The notes under the pieces were generated by a model. That model saw only the letters and a program-made list of their open reading frames with translations. It did no database searches and was not told the DNA's origin. Positions 15,994 through 24,153 of a stretch of 35,637 nt of DNA are shown piece by piece. The stretch is taken from IMG/VR virus record IMGVR_UViG_3300017707_000130, positions 1 through 35,637 of that record. One strand, 5' to 3'. How positions within the stretch are numbered: the stretch's first letter is position 1; every line of letters begins with the position of its first letter. The translations under genes were made by a program, and so were the position numbers. This DNA comes from a virus. Taxonomy: Duplodnaviria > Caudoviricetes.

Positions 15994-16482
15994 ATGGCTT
16001 TCCTACCCGAATCTTTTGACGCTAACGAACTGCCCAAGGGCAACACCGGCGCTTTCGAGCCCCTGCCCGCTGGTTGGTACACCGCCACCATCAGCCAAGC
16101 CGAGCTAAAGGACACCAAGGCTGGCACCGGTCAGTACATCAAGCTGCGCTACGACATCACCGGCCCGTCGCATCAGGGGCGCGTGGTGTTCGGTAACCTG
16201 AACATCAAGAACCCCAACCCCAAGGCCGAGGAGATTGGCCGCGCTGACCTGGGCGAGATCATGCGTGCGATTGGTCTGGGCAAGGTGACCGACACTGACC
16301 AGCTCATTGGTGGCCAGCTCGGTATCAAGCTCTCCATCAAGGAAGACGCTCAGTACGGTGCTGGCAACGAGGTCAAGGGCTACAAGTCCATGTCTGGGAG
16401 CCCCGCTCCAGTGGCTACGGTGGCCGCTGCGCCTGCCCCTGCCGCAGCGAAGTCCGCTGCGCCGCCTTGGGCTAAGAAGTAA
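15994..16482 (+). CDS. Single-stranded DNA-binding-like protein (DUF669-type)
   Basis: FEPLPAGWY...ELK.TKAGTGQY.KL...GRVVF.NLN...NEVKGY, Ala/Pro tail ending PPW; AAGGAG RBS. Confidence 0.82.
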   Translation: MAFLPESFDANELPKGNTGAFEPLPAGWYTATISQAELKDTKAGTGQYIKLRYDITGPSHQGRVVFGNLNIKNPNPKAEEIGRADLGEIMRAIGLGKVTDTDQLIGGQLGIKLSIKEDAQYGAGNEVKGYKSMSGSPAPVATVAAAPAPAAAKSAAPPWAKK

Positions 16483-16513
16483 AAAAATAGCCCCCGGTTT
16501 TTACGCCGGGGGC
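16481..16513 (-). terminator. GC hairpin with a U-tract on the minus strand
   Basis: GCCCCCGG-8 nt loop-CCGGGGGC (16490-16513) preceded by A7 on the plus strand. Confidence 0.55.
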
Positions 16514-16541
16514 AATCAAACAACTAAACAAGGAGTGGGCA

Positions 16542-17564
16542 ATGCAAATACCCGAGTCGGATCATAGCATCCAGGCGCTGATTGACAAGCACCACGAGCA
16601 AAAAGCTGAAGCCCCTAGGCCGCACTTGGGCGTCAGCACGCTGGGCCATATGTGTGACCGCTGGCTCTGGCTGTCGTTCCGGTGGGCCGTACAACCCAAG
16701 TTCCCTGGCCGAATCCTGCGCCTGTTTCGCCGTGGCCACCAAGAGGAAACGAACATCATCTCCGACTTGCGGGCCATTGGCGTTGACGTTCGCAAGGTGT
16801 CAACCCAGCACCAGGTGGATTTCGGCAGTCATGTCTCTGGCTCACTGGATGGGATCATTGAGAAGGGTGTGCCCGAAGCCCCCAAGGCCCAGCATGTGGC
16901 CGAGTTCAAGACCCACAGCAAGAAGTCATTCGACGACATGGTGAAGAACGGCGTGGAGAAATCCAAGCCCGAGCACTTCGTTCAGATGCAGGTCTACATG
17001 CACGGCACTGGCATCGAGCGGGCACTCTACTTCGCCATCTGTAAAGATAACGACCAAATCTATACAGAACGCGTCAAATATGACAAGGAAATCGCGGAAA
17101 AGTATGTGCGTCGTGGGCATTACATTGCATTGTCAGAACGCATGCCACCGCCGATCAGCGAAGACCCGAGCTGGTATCAGTGCAAGTTCTGCGATGCACA
17201 CAAGTTCTGCCACGAGACAAAGACCACGGAGCACGCCAACTGCCGCACCTGCGCTCACGCTACGCCCAAGTCCGACAGCACTTGGCATTGCGCCCGCTGG
17301 GATGACTCGATCCCGCTAGACGCCCAGCGCACAGGCTGCGAGAGCCATGTGCTGCATCCTGATTTGGTGCCGTGGCAGCGCAAGCCTGGGCCTGACGAGT
17401 GGAAGGCCATCTATGTGATCAACGGTAAGGACGTTGCCAATGGTATGCCGGGCGACGGCGTGTACAGCAGCCGCGAGATATTGGCCAATCCGAGTGAGTG
17501 TGCTAGCCCTGGGCAGATGCTGTCGCAGTTGCGGGAAGAGTTCAATGGAAGGATTGTGGGGTAA
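16542..17564 (+). CDS. Cas4-like PD-(D/E)XK exonuclease
   Basis: N-terminal C (CDRWLW), GH..E, GSLDG, EFKT, Q.Q.YM and CKFC..HKFC staple cysteines, plus an extra CRTC...C...C..H cluster. Confidence 0.88.
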   Translation: MQIPESDHSIQALIDKHHEQKAEAPRPHLGVSTLGHMCDRWLWLSFRWAVQPKFPGRILRLFRRGHQEETNIISDLRAIGVDVRKVSTQHQVDFGSHVSGSLDGIIEKGVPEAPKAQHVAEFKTHSKKSFDDMVKNGVEKSKPEHFVQMQVYMHGTGIERALYFAICKDNDQIYTERVKYDKEIAEKYVRRGHYIALSERMPPPISEDPSWYQCKFCDAHKFCHETKTTEHANCRTCAHATPKSDSTWHCARWDDSIPLDAQRTGCESHVLHPDLVPWQRKPGPDEWKAIYVINGKDVANGMPGDGVYSSREILANPSECASPGQMLSQLREEFNGRIVG

Positions 17565-18457
17565 TGAATGAGCTGGCTTTATTCGCAGGCGCTGGTGGCG
17601 GAATACTTGGGGGGAAACTTCTCGGATGGCGAACCGTCTGCGCCGTCGAATGGGAACCCTACCCAGCAAGCGTTCTGTGCGCCCGACAAAATGACGGGCT
17701 TCTCCCGCCTTTCCCGATTTGGGATGACGTTCAAACCTTTGACGGCAGACCGTGGCGAGGAATTGTTGACGTCGTATCTGGCGGCTTTCCCTGCCAAGAC
17801 ATCAGTGCAGCAGGAAAAGGCGACGGACTTGACGGAGAACGATCAGGCATGTGGAAACACATGGCGCGCGTGGTTAGCGAAGTACGACCCAGCTACGTCT
17901 TCGTGGAAAACTCCCCAATGCTCACTACTCGGGGAGGAACCAGAGTCATTGGAGATCTTACCGCGCTGGGGTATGACTGTCGATGGACTGTTATGGGAGC
18001 TGCCGATGTTGGAGCCAATCACCAGAGAGACAGAATCTGGGTTCTGGCGCACTCCACAAGCAGCAGATGCAAAATCAACGAAGATTCAGAAAGGTCATCA
18101 AACAAATCTGACTCATCAAGTAATGAAGTGGACTACGCCAACAGCGCACATGGCAAAAGAAACCAACGCACCAAGCGAATACAGTCGGAATACACCGACG
18201 TTAACAGCGCAAGTGAATTGGCCTACTCCAATAACAAAGGGTATGTGCGGTGGATCAGGAGCATGGATACAACTGAAAAAAAACACAACAATAGAGGAAG
18301 CCAGATCAATAGGCGCGGGCAATGGTGGGAAATTGAACCCAACGTGGGTCGAGTGGCTGATGGGGTGGCCGCTCGGGTGGACAGACTTAAGTCCATCGGC
18401 AACGGACAAGTCCCTTTGTGTGCAGCAACAGCTTGGAGAATCCTAAGTGCTCCGTGA
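17564..18457 (+). CDS. C5-cytosine DNA methyltransferase, alpha chain (motifs I-VIII and X)
   Basis: LFAGAGG (I), GGFPCQD (IV), ENSP (VI), HQRDRIW (VIII), RLKSIGNGQV (X). No motif IX in this frame. Confidence 0.92.
   Translation: MNELALFAGAGGGILGGKLLGWRTVCAVEWEPYPASVLCARQNDGLLPPFPIWDDVQTFDGRPWRGIVDVVSGGFPCQDISAAGKGDGLDGERSGMWKHMARVVSEVRPSYVFVENSPMLTTRGGTRVIGDLTALGYDCRWTVMGAADVGANHQRDRIWVLAHSTSSRCKINEDSERSSNKSDSSSNEVDYANSAHGKRNQRTKRIQSEYTDVNSASELAYSNNKGYVRWIRSMDTTEKKHNNRGSQINRRGQWWEIEPNVGRVADGVAARVDRLKSIGNGQVPLCAATAWRILSAP
17568..18446 (+). CDS. Overprinted methyltransferase beta chain carrying motif IX
   Basis: 292 open codons in the +1 frame; W-x-T-P repeats; C-terminal LNPTWVEWLMGWPLGWT resembles motif IX. 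The true start may be internal. Confidence 0.72.
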   Translation: MSWLYSQALVAEYLGGNFSDGEPSAPSNGNPTQQAFCAPDKMTGFSRLSRFGMTFKPLTADRGEELLTSYLAAFPAKTSVQQEKATDLTENDQACGNTWRAWLAKYDPATSSWKTPQCSLLGEEPESLEILPRWGMTVDGLLWELPMLEPITRETESGFWRTPQAADAKSTKIQKGHQTNLTHQVMKWTTPTAHMAKETNAPSEYSRNTPTLTAQVNWPTPITKGMCGGSGAWIQLKKNTTIEEARSIGAGNGGKLNPTWVEWLMGWPLGWTDLSPSATDKSLCVQQQLGES

Positions 18458-20063
18458 CTACCAACAGCGCACCATAGATCAGCTCTATGCTTGGTTCTTT
18501 GCGGGCAACGCTGGCAATCCGTGCCTCGTGCTGCCCACCGGGTCAGGCAAGAGCCACATCGTGGCAGCGCTATGCAAAGACGCATTGCAAAACTGGCCTG
18601 AGACTCGAGTGCTAATGCTCACCCATGTCAAGGAACTGATCGAGCAGAACGCTGAGAAGATGCGCTTGCACTGGCCCGCTGCACCGATGGGGATCTACAG
18701 CGCTGGCATTGGTAAGCGAGACATTGGCGAGCCGATCACGTTCGCTGGCATCCAGTCCGTGCGAACCAAGGCCGAGATGCTGGGCCACCTTGATCTGGTG
18801 ATCATTGACGAGTGCCACCTTGTCAATCACAAGGAGGAGGGTGGCTATCGTAAGCTCCTAGCCGACCTCAAGGCAATCAACCCGGCGCTGCGCGTTGTGG
18901 GGCTTACCGCCACACCGTATCGCCTGGGGCACGGCCTGATTACCGACAAGCCCGCGCTCTTTGATGCGCTGTTGGAGCCTGTGAGTATTGAAGAGCTGGT
19001 GTTCAAGGGCTACCTATCTACGCTGCGATCGAAGGTCACCAGCGCCAAGCTCGATACGTCCGGGGTCAAGAAACGCGGAGGAGAGTTCATTGAGAGCGAA
19101 CTGCAAGCCGCCGTTGACACGGATGACAACAACCAGCGCGTCGTCCAGGAGGTGATTGCGTTGGCTGGCGATCGCAAGGCTTGGCTGGTGTTCTGTACTG
19201 GTGTGCAGCACGCCGAGCACGTTGCCGAGGTTCTGCGACGGCATGGAGTAACCGCGCAGTGCGTCACCGGCGAGACGCCAAAGGCCGAGCGCAAGCGAAT
19301 GCTCGATGACTTTAAGGCCGGCAAGCTGCGTGCGCTAACGAACGCCAACGTACTGACAACGGGCTTTGATTACCCCGATATTGACCTGATCGCCATGCTG
19401 CGCCCAACCATGAGCGCAAGTCTGTACGTCCAGATGGCAGGCCGTGGGATGCGCGTCAAGAGCCACACCGATCACTGTCTGGTGCTTGACTTCGCTGGAG
19501 TAGTGGAGATGCACGGGCCGATCGTAGCTGTGCAGCCCCCGAAGAAGGGCGGTGACGGAGATGGAGAAGCCCCTGTCAAGGTCTGCGATAACTGCGACGA
19601 GCTGGTGCATATCTCGGCCAAGGAGTGCCCTGCCTGTGGCCATCCCTTCCCCGAGCCAGAGGAGAAGAAGCTAAAGCTCCGCAACGACGACATCATGGGG
19701 ATGGAGGGTAAAGACTTTGAGGTGACGGGCTGGAGCTGGCGCAGGCACATCAGCAAGGCCAGCGGCAATCTGATGCTCGCTTGCACCTACTACGGGAGCC
19801 TGTCCGATAAGCCGATCACGGAGTATTTCCCCGTGCTAAACGATGGTTACGCGGGCCAGATGGCGCTGCAAAAACTGATGGCGATCGCTGAGAAGAGCGG
19901 GGCTGATCTGGCTGAGATTCGTATCCTAAAAGATACGGAGGCGCTCGATTACATCGTCATTCAGATGGGGAAGTCGAAACATCCGAACGCAATTGAGTAC
20001 CGGATGGACGGTAAATTTTTCAAAGTCGTAAGGAGGACATGGGATGAGACATGCGGAGCCTGA
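18447..20063 (+). CDS. SF2 helicase (RadD/YejH-like) with zinc finger
   Basis: LRDYQ, PTGSGKS, DECH, TATP, TTGFD.P, QMAGRGMR, CDNC...CPAC. Confidence 0.94.
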   Translation: MLRDYQQRTIDQLYAWFFAGNAGNPCLVLPTGSGKSHIVAALCKDALQNWPETRVLMLTHVKELIEQNAEKMRLHWPAAPMGIYSAGIGKRDIGEPITFAGIQSVRTKAEMLGHLDLVIIDECHLVNHKEEGGYRKLLADLKAINPALRVVGLTATPYRLGHGLITDKPALFDALLEPVSIEELVFKGYLSTLRSKVTSAKLDTSGVKKRGGEFIESELQAAVDTDDNNQRVVQEVIALAGDRKAWLVFCTGVQHAEHVAEVLRRHGVTAQCVTGETPKAERKRMLDDFKAGKLRALTNANVLTTGFDYPDIDLIAMLRPTMSASLYVQMAGRGMRVKSHTDHCLVLDFAGVVEMHGPIVAVQPPKKGGDGDGEAPVKVCDNCDELVHISAKECPACGHPFPEPEEKKLKLRNDDIMGMEGKDFEVTGWSWRRHISKASGNLMLACTYYGSLSDKPITEYFPVLNDGYAGQMALQKLMAIAEKSGADLAEIRILKDTEALDYIVIQMGKSKHPNAIEYRMDGKFFKVVRRTWDETCGA

Positions 20064-20235
20064 AGTTGTGACGATGTACAAGGACTGGATCAAGGCTGGC
20101 CCGCCCAGGTGCTGCCACACCTGCGAGCATTACGGGACAGATGGCCTGTGCATTGAGTTTTGGATGCAGCCCCCGCCGGAGTTCGCCGCCTCCGTGGGAG
20201 AGTGTGACAAATGGCAGCAGGAGGTTTCGTTTTGA
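20044..20235 (+). CDS. Small Cys-rich protein
   Basis: CCHTCEHY...C...C..W; AAGGAGG RBS. Confidence 0.7.
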   Translation: MRHAEPEVVTMYKDWIKAGPPRCCHTCEHYGTDGLCIEFWMQPPPEFAASVGECDKWQQEVSF

Positions 20236-20654
20236 CTGATGCCGTACCGAGCGAACATTTTGAGCAGCGCGAGCTAGTGAAGTGGTTTCGCCAGACCTTC
20301 AAGGGCGTGAGGATCTTTGCAATCCCCAACGGAGGCGTCAGGAGCCTCTCTACGGCCGCGAAACTCAAGGCTGAAGGGGTGAGTAGCGGGGTGCCTGATC
20401 TATGCGTCCCAGCGTGGCGCTTGTGGATTGAGATGAAGCGGGTCAAGGGCGGTTCACTGAGCGCCGAACAGAAGGACTGGATCGCCTACCTAGAAGGTGT
20501 GAAATACTGGTGTATAGTGGGCAAAGGTGCTGAGGACGCCAAGACAAAGATCCTCGCTTTCAAGGAACAACATGACAAAAGATCGCTACATGACGGTGCG
20601 CCTCCCGGCGGAGGTGGAAGCCCAGATTCGACAGCAGGCCTCGGCCAGCACTAG
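20232..20654 (+). CDS. VRR-NUC-type endonuclease / resolvase
   Basis: SEH.EQ, FAIPNGG, EGV.SGVPDL, WIEMK, LSAEQKDW. Likely TTG start at 20232 with GGAGG RBS. Confidence 0.87.
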   Translation: MTDAVPSEHFEQRELVKWFRQTFKGVRIFAIPNGGVRSLSTAAKLKAEGVSSGVPDLCVPAWRLWIEMKRVKGGSLSAEQKDWIAYLEGVKYWCIVGKGAEDAKTKILAFKEQHDKRSLHDGAPPGGGGSPDSTAGLGQH

Positions 20655-20721
20655 GACGCTGGCAGCTCAGATCCTGCACTACATCAAGCAGGGGCTGTTG
20701 CAAGAAAAAGACAAGAAGTGA
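20572..20721 (+). CDS. Arc-like ribbon-helix-helix regulator (49 aa)
   Basis: MTVRLPAEVEAQIRQQA...RTLAAQILHYIKQGL. ATG at 20572 with AAGGA RBS. Confidence 0.8.
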   Translation: MTKDRYMTVRLPAEVEAQIRQQASASTRTLAAQILHYIKQGLLQEKDKK

Positions 20722-20802
20722 TATTAGGGTTTGTCCCTACTTGCGATTGTGTGAAATTGTGGGAAGATACATCCATCAACAACGCAACAGGAGCAAACGC
20801 AA

Positions 20803-20970
20803 ATGAAAGCCACCAGCCTTCTCCCCGTCATTAACTCTCGCGGTCACGTTGTCGGTCATGCCGCAACGACCGCGCACAAGAAAGCCTCTGCCCTTGCTTG
20901 CTCGACGGGCGTGCGGCAGGAGTTTCGGACAGTCGCAGGTTCTCGCCGTCTCTGCTGGATTGCAGTGTGA
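20803..20970 (+). CDS. 55-aa microprotein (MKATSLLPVINSRG...)
   Basis: Read manually; AGGAG RBS; first ORF after the intergenic gap. Confidence 0.6.
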   Translation: MKATSLLPVINSRGHVVGHAATTAHKKASALACSTGVRQEFRTVAGSRRLCWIAV

Positions 20971-21068
20971 CCTGGCCCTTCAAATACAGCATCGCAAACG
21001 GGCGCAAGACTCGTAACCCGATGCCTCCCCCACCACCCAAACCGATTTACCCACCAGCCCCTTTCTAA
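20967..21068 (+). CDS. 33-aa Pro-rich microprotein (MTWPFKY...PPAPF)
   Basis: Read manually; GTGA overlap with the previous stop and fills the gap. Confidence 0.5.
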   Translation: MTWPFKYSIANGRKTRNPMPPPPPKPIYPPAPF

Positions 21069-21070
21069 CC

Positions 21071-21247
21071 ATGAACAACACCACCAAACGCCACCCCCGC
21101 ACTCTTGAGGAGGCCTTCGGCCCCTACGCCCGAGGCGGCATCTATGAGAAGCCCAGCGAGTTCGGTCTGGCCGACAAGGTCATCACTGGCTTGTGCGGCA
21201 TCATCTTGTTCGGTCTGCTGATCGCAATCGTCGGGGGGTGGCTGTAA
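21071..21247 (+). CDS. 58-aa protein with C-terminal TM helix (MNNTTKRHPRTLEEAFG...)
   Basis: Read manually; hydrophobic C-terminus; TAATG coupling to the next gene. Confidence 0.7.
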   Translation: MNNTTKRHPRTLEEAFGPYARGGIYEKPSEFGLADKVITGLCGIILFGLLIAIVGGWL

Positions 21248-21483
21248 TGCACGACAAACTCAACACCGAGATTGACAAGATCGTCGCAGAGATGGCACCT
21301 CCGAAAAACTCTATCGGAATGCTGTCTACCGATGACGTTGTGCGCCTAGTTCGCAAGGCGGCAACGCAAGGTGCTATGGCTGGCTGGGTGGCTGGCGAGC
21401 GCACTGCTCGCTCCTACTGGGGCAAAGAGATGGACAAGCTGCGCGAGCGCATCAAGGAATCAAATGAGCGGCCCGTACTTTGA
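21247..21483 (+). CDS. Hypothetical protein (MHDKLNTEIDK...)
   Basis: TAATG-coupled start within the track ORF 21193..21483. Confidence 0.65.
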   Translation: MHDKLNTEIDKIVAEMAPPKNSIGMLSTDDVVRLVRKAATQGAMAGWVAGERTARSYWGKEMDKLRERIKESNERPVL

Positions 21484-21634
21484 ATCGTGGGAGCACGAGA
21501 ACTTGGTGAAGTTCGCCAAGGACGCCTATGCCAAGCTCCAGAAGCAAGAGGAGGAGCTGCAACGGTTGCGAAGCCAGTGGCCGTTCCCTAAGAGCAACAG
21601 CTACCCGAATGACATTCCGGAGGCGCTGCTGTGA
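21464..21634 (+). CDS. 56-aa coiled-coil microprotein (MSGPYFESW...WPFP...EALL)
   Basis: ATG at 21464 with AAGGA RBS; GTGA coupling downstream. Confidence 0.65.
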   Translation: MSGPYFESWEHENLVKFAKDAYAKLQKQEEELQRLRSQWPFPKSNSYPNDIPEALL

Positions 21635-21954
21635 GCATCGAAGCAATGAAGCAGGCGCTGGAGTACACGCGGCCCGGCGCAATAGTTCCAGTCACCCCAG
21701 AGACCGTGAAGATATTGGTGGACGCCCTGCGCCTCGCCATTCAGGCCGAACGGCAGGAATCGTATTGGCAAGAGGAGGCAAGGCGTTATGCAGGTAACGC
21801 AGACTTCTGGAGGGAAAAGGCCAAGCGCCAGCCGCTGACGGAGGAGGAGATTGAGGCGCTCGCCCGCTATGAGGATAAGCATGGGCAGGGGCCGTGGCAC
21901 CTCGCGTTCGCCCGCGCCATTGAGCGTAAGCACGGGATTGGGGGTGGGGAATGA
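21631..21954 (+). CDS. Hypothetical protein
   Basis: MSIEAMKQALE...PLTEEEI...FARAIERKHGI pattern; coupled to both neighbours. Confidence 0.75.
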   Translation: MSIEAMKQALEYTRPGAIVPVTPETVKILVDALRLAIQAERQESYWQEEARRYAGNADFWREKAKRQPLTEEEIEALARYEDKHGQGPWHLAFARAIERKHGIGGGE

Positions 21955-22094
21955 TCCTCGTCTTCACCCTCCTAATCCTCTTCGTCTCTATGCTGGCGAT
22001 GATCCCGTTGGCGCTAGACTCTGAGCTGCGTCAAAACGTGACGTTCTGGGGCGTCCCTGTAATGGCAGTTATCGCTTTTTTGCTATGGGCGTAA
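21951..22094 (+). CDS. 47-aa two-TM microprotein
   Basis: Read manually: MILVFTLLILFVSMLAMIPLAL...FWGVPVMAVIAFLLWA; ATGA overlap. Confidence 0.6.
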   Translation: MILVFTLLILFVSMLAMIPLALDSELRQNVTFWGVPVMAVIAFLLWA

Positions 22095-22321
22095 AAATAC
22101 AATTAGTGCGCGATCTGCTTCGCGCTGGTGACGGCATGACCGTCAAACAACTGGCCGAAGCCGTTGGCACCGACACTTCGCACATCCACCGGATGCTTAA
22201 CAAGTTCCCTGACGCCTACATTGACCGCTGGATCAAACGCGGCAACATCACCACCGCCGTCTGGTGCGTCGTTATCCCACCACCTAACTGCCCTCGACCC
22301 GAGAGCCGGAGAAACAAATGA
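22085..22321 (+). CDS. Winged-HTH protein
   Basis: DGMTVKQLAEAVG...IHRML..FPDAYIDRW...AVWCVV.PP.NCPRP. Confidence 0.75.
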   Translation: MGVKIQLVRDLLRAGDGMTVKQLAEAVGTDTSHIHRMLNKFPDAYIDRWIKRGNITTAVWCVVIPPPNCPRPESRRNK

Positions 22322-22527
22322 AACGAACCTGCAAATGCCCTCCCAATAGCCCCTTCCACTGGCGGGACGATCCTCGCCCGTCGATCTTCGCTCAGGAAAA
22401 CGGTGCGCTACTATCCATGCGCCAGACTGAGGTCGTCGAGAACGCCCGCAAAGAAGGCCGTGACATTGGCCACATCCCTGGCGTCAGCACCAAGGTGCGA
22501 GTCTTCCACTACTACTCCCGCGCATGA
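22318..22527 (+). CDS. Hypothetical protein
   Basis: 69 aa, ATGA-coupled on both sides, GGAG RBS. Confidence 0.6.
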   Translation: MKRTCKCPPNSPFHWRDDPRPSIFAQENGALLSMRQTEVVENARKEGRDIGHIPGVSTKVRVFHYYSRA

Positions 22528-22712
22528 TTGACTATTCCTATCCCTGCATGATGGCCGAAAAGGCCCTGAAAGACCTCCACAACGCCGCCATTGAGGGTCG
22601 GCTAGATGAAGCGGCGGAGCACGCCCTGGAGGCGATCACCGAAGCGCGGCTGGTCTATCAGGCGCTTCAGCACATGAAGTCAGCGCGCCAGCAGGTACAG
22701 GCCCACGTTTGA
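22524..22712 (+). CDS. Hypothetical helical protein, last gene of the early arm
   Basis: MIDYSYPCMMAEKALKDLH...; its end overlaps the convergent minus-strand gene. Confidence 0.7.
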   Translation: MIDYSYPCMMAEKALKDLHNAAIEGRLDEAAEHALEAITEARLVYQALQHMKSARQQVQAHV

Positions 22713-22823
22713 GAAGGCATACCCAGCATAGACGATCGTCATGCTTGGGTTGCCTTTAAGCGCCTGCTCTACAGCTATGTAGCCGTAGATCACACCTGTG
22801 AGGATGATGAGCCACGGACTCAC
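22680..22823 (-). CDS. 47-aa two-TM microprotein (MSPWLIILTGVIYGYIAVEQALKGN...)
   Basis: Read manually; GTGA overlap with the metallophosphoesterase stop; last gene of the late arm. Confidence 0.7.
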   Translation of the reverse strand: MSPWLIILTGVIYGYIAVEQALKGNPSMTIVYAGYAFSNVGLYLLAR

Positions 22824-23794
22824 AACTTGCTCACATCAATGACCTGGCCGCGAAACTGTATAGCACCTGGTGCTATAGCGTGCACCAGTTCCGGCCAAAG
22901 AAGCCGGGAATTATGGAATGTGAGCACGGCAAATCCGGAACGCCAGTTCGTGGGATTATCCTCAAGGTAGTCCACGAACTGCGGGCCGCTAGTGTCGGCC
23001 AGCGTTCCCGTATCCACGCCATAACGTTCGCCGTTGTAGTCGGAGAATGGCGTCACTTTGAGCGAATGCAGGTGACCCGTCACGATGGTCTTACCAGCGT
23101 TGACGGTGTTGTTATGCGTGGCGTGAACGCCGCCCTTCATGCGGTGTTTAACGACGACGTCCTCGGTCGGCCAGCAGCTCCAGCACGGAATCCAGGCCGG
23201 GAAATGGTCTTTAAGGGTAAACCCTCCCACCGCCATGAACTCGGGCACGGTGTTGGCTAGCCGGTTCTCAAAGCGAGCGTCGTGGTTGCCTAACGTCCAG
23301 ACAAGTTTAACTTTGCTATACGCCCGCTTGGCCTCGTCGTCGATCTCGCCTAGGTACATCTCGCAGGCTCGCAGCTCCTGCACCACGCTGGGCTTGCTGT
23401 CCCATCCGATTCGCGGGTGGCGGCTGATCGCTGCGCCGTCAAAGGCGTCGCCGTTATTGATCACGGCTTTCGGCTTCAGCTCTTTAATCGCCCACAAAAG
23501 CCCCTTAAAGGCAGTGGAGCGAAGGCCGGGCCAGAAGTGCGCGTCCGAGAAGACAATCACCGTACCATTTTCGATACCTAGGTGATAGCGCGCTGCGTGG
23601 TTTTCTGCCTCTTTCCCAAACGCATTCATCCGCTTATCGTTAGCGACCAGCACGAGGTTGTACTTCTGCTCAAGCGTGCGGCGGCGCGAATGTACTTTTC
23701 TCTCGTTGATGCCGGTAATTTTTGCGATTTTCGCGGCGCTTTTGTGGAGGTTCCACAGCTCAAGAAACTCGTCGTCAGTCAGAACTGTGGCCAT
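22820..23794 (-). CDS. Calcineurin-like metallophosphoesterase with N-terminal HTH
   Basis: SDAH, NGDAFD, GNHD, KH and GHLH motifs; N-terminal SAAKIAKITGINERKV HTH-like segment. Confidence 0.9.
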   Translation of the reverse strand: MATVLTDDEFLELWNLHKSAAKIAKITGINERKVHSRRRTLEQKYNLVLVANDKRMNAFGKEAENHAARYHLGIENGTVIVFSDAHFWPGLRSTAFKGLLWAIKELKPKAVINNGDAFDGAAISRHPRIGWDSKPSVVQELRACEMYLGEIDDEAKRAYSKVKLVWTLGNHDARFENRLANTVPEFMAVGGFTLKDHFPAWIPCWSCWPTEDVVVKHRMKGGVHATHNNTVNAGKTIVTGHLHSLKVTPFSDYNGERYGVDTGTLADTSGPQFVDYLEDNPTNWRSGFAVLTFHNSRLLWPELVHAIAPGAIQFRGQVIDVSKL

Positions 23795-24152
23795 ATATGC
23801 CCCCTAAAACGCGCTCAAGCACATTGATCACGCGGTGCTCGGCGCTGTCGAGCTGCTCTGGCGTGGCCTTGGGGTCTTGCGCGGCCTGGATCAGCTCAAA
23901 CAAGAAGATGTGTAGCACCTCGTGCAGAGCGGTGTGCGACAGCGATGATTCGGTGATGGCCTCTGCTCCAAAATCACCTAATCGGTAAATGGCCAATCGG
24001 GCGGGGCTGTCGCATTCGACTGATGCCATCGCACCACGCGCAGGTTTGATGCCGCGCTCGATGCGCCAGTCCTGAAGATTGAGAACGCGCTGCCAGTGCT
24101 GGATAAACCCATCAAATTCCTTGGCCTGCTGTTCGTTGGGTTTATTTGGCAT
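23775..24152 (-). CDS. HEXXH minimal zincin-like protein
   Basis: TALHEVLH plus a downstream E (AEH); W...LNL.DW.I motif. Confidence 0.7.
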   Translation of the reverse strand: MPNKPNEQQAKEFDGFIQHWQRVLNLQDWRIERGIKPARGAMASVECDSPARLAIYRLGDFGAEAITESSLSHTALHEVLHIFLFELIQAAQDPKATPEQLDSAEHRVINVLERVLGGIYGHSSD

Positions 24153-24153
24153 A

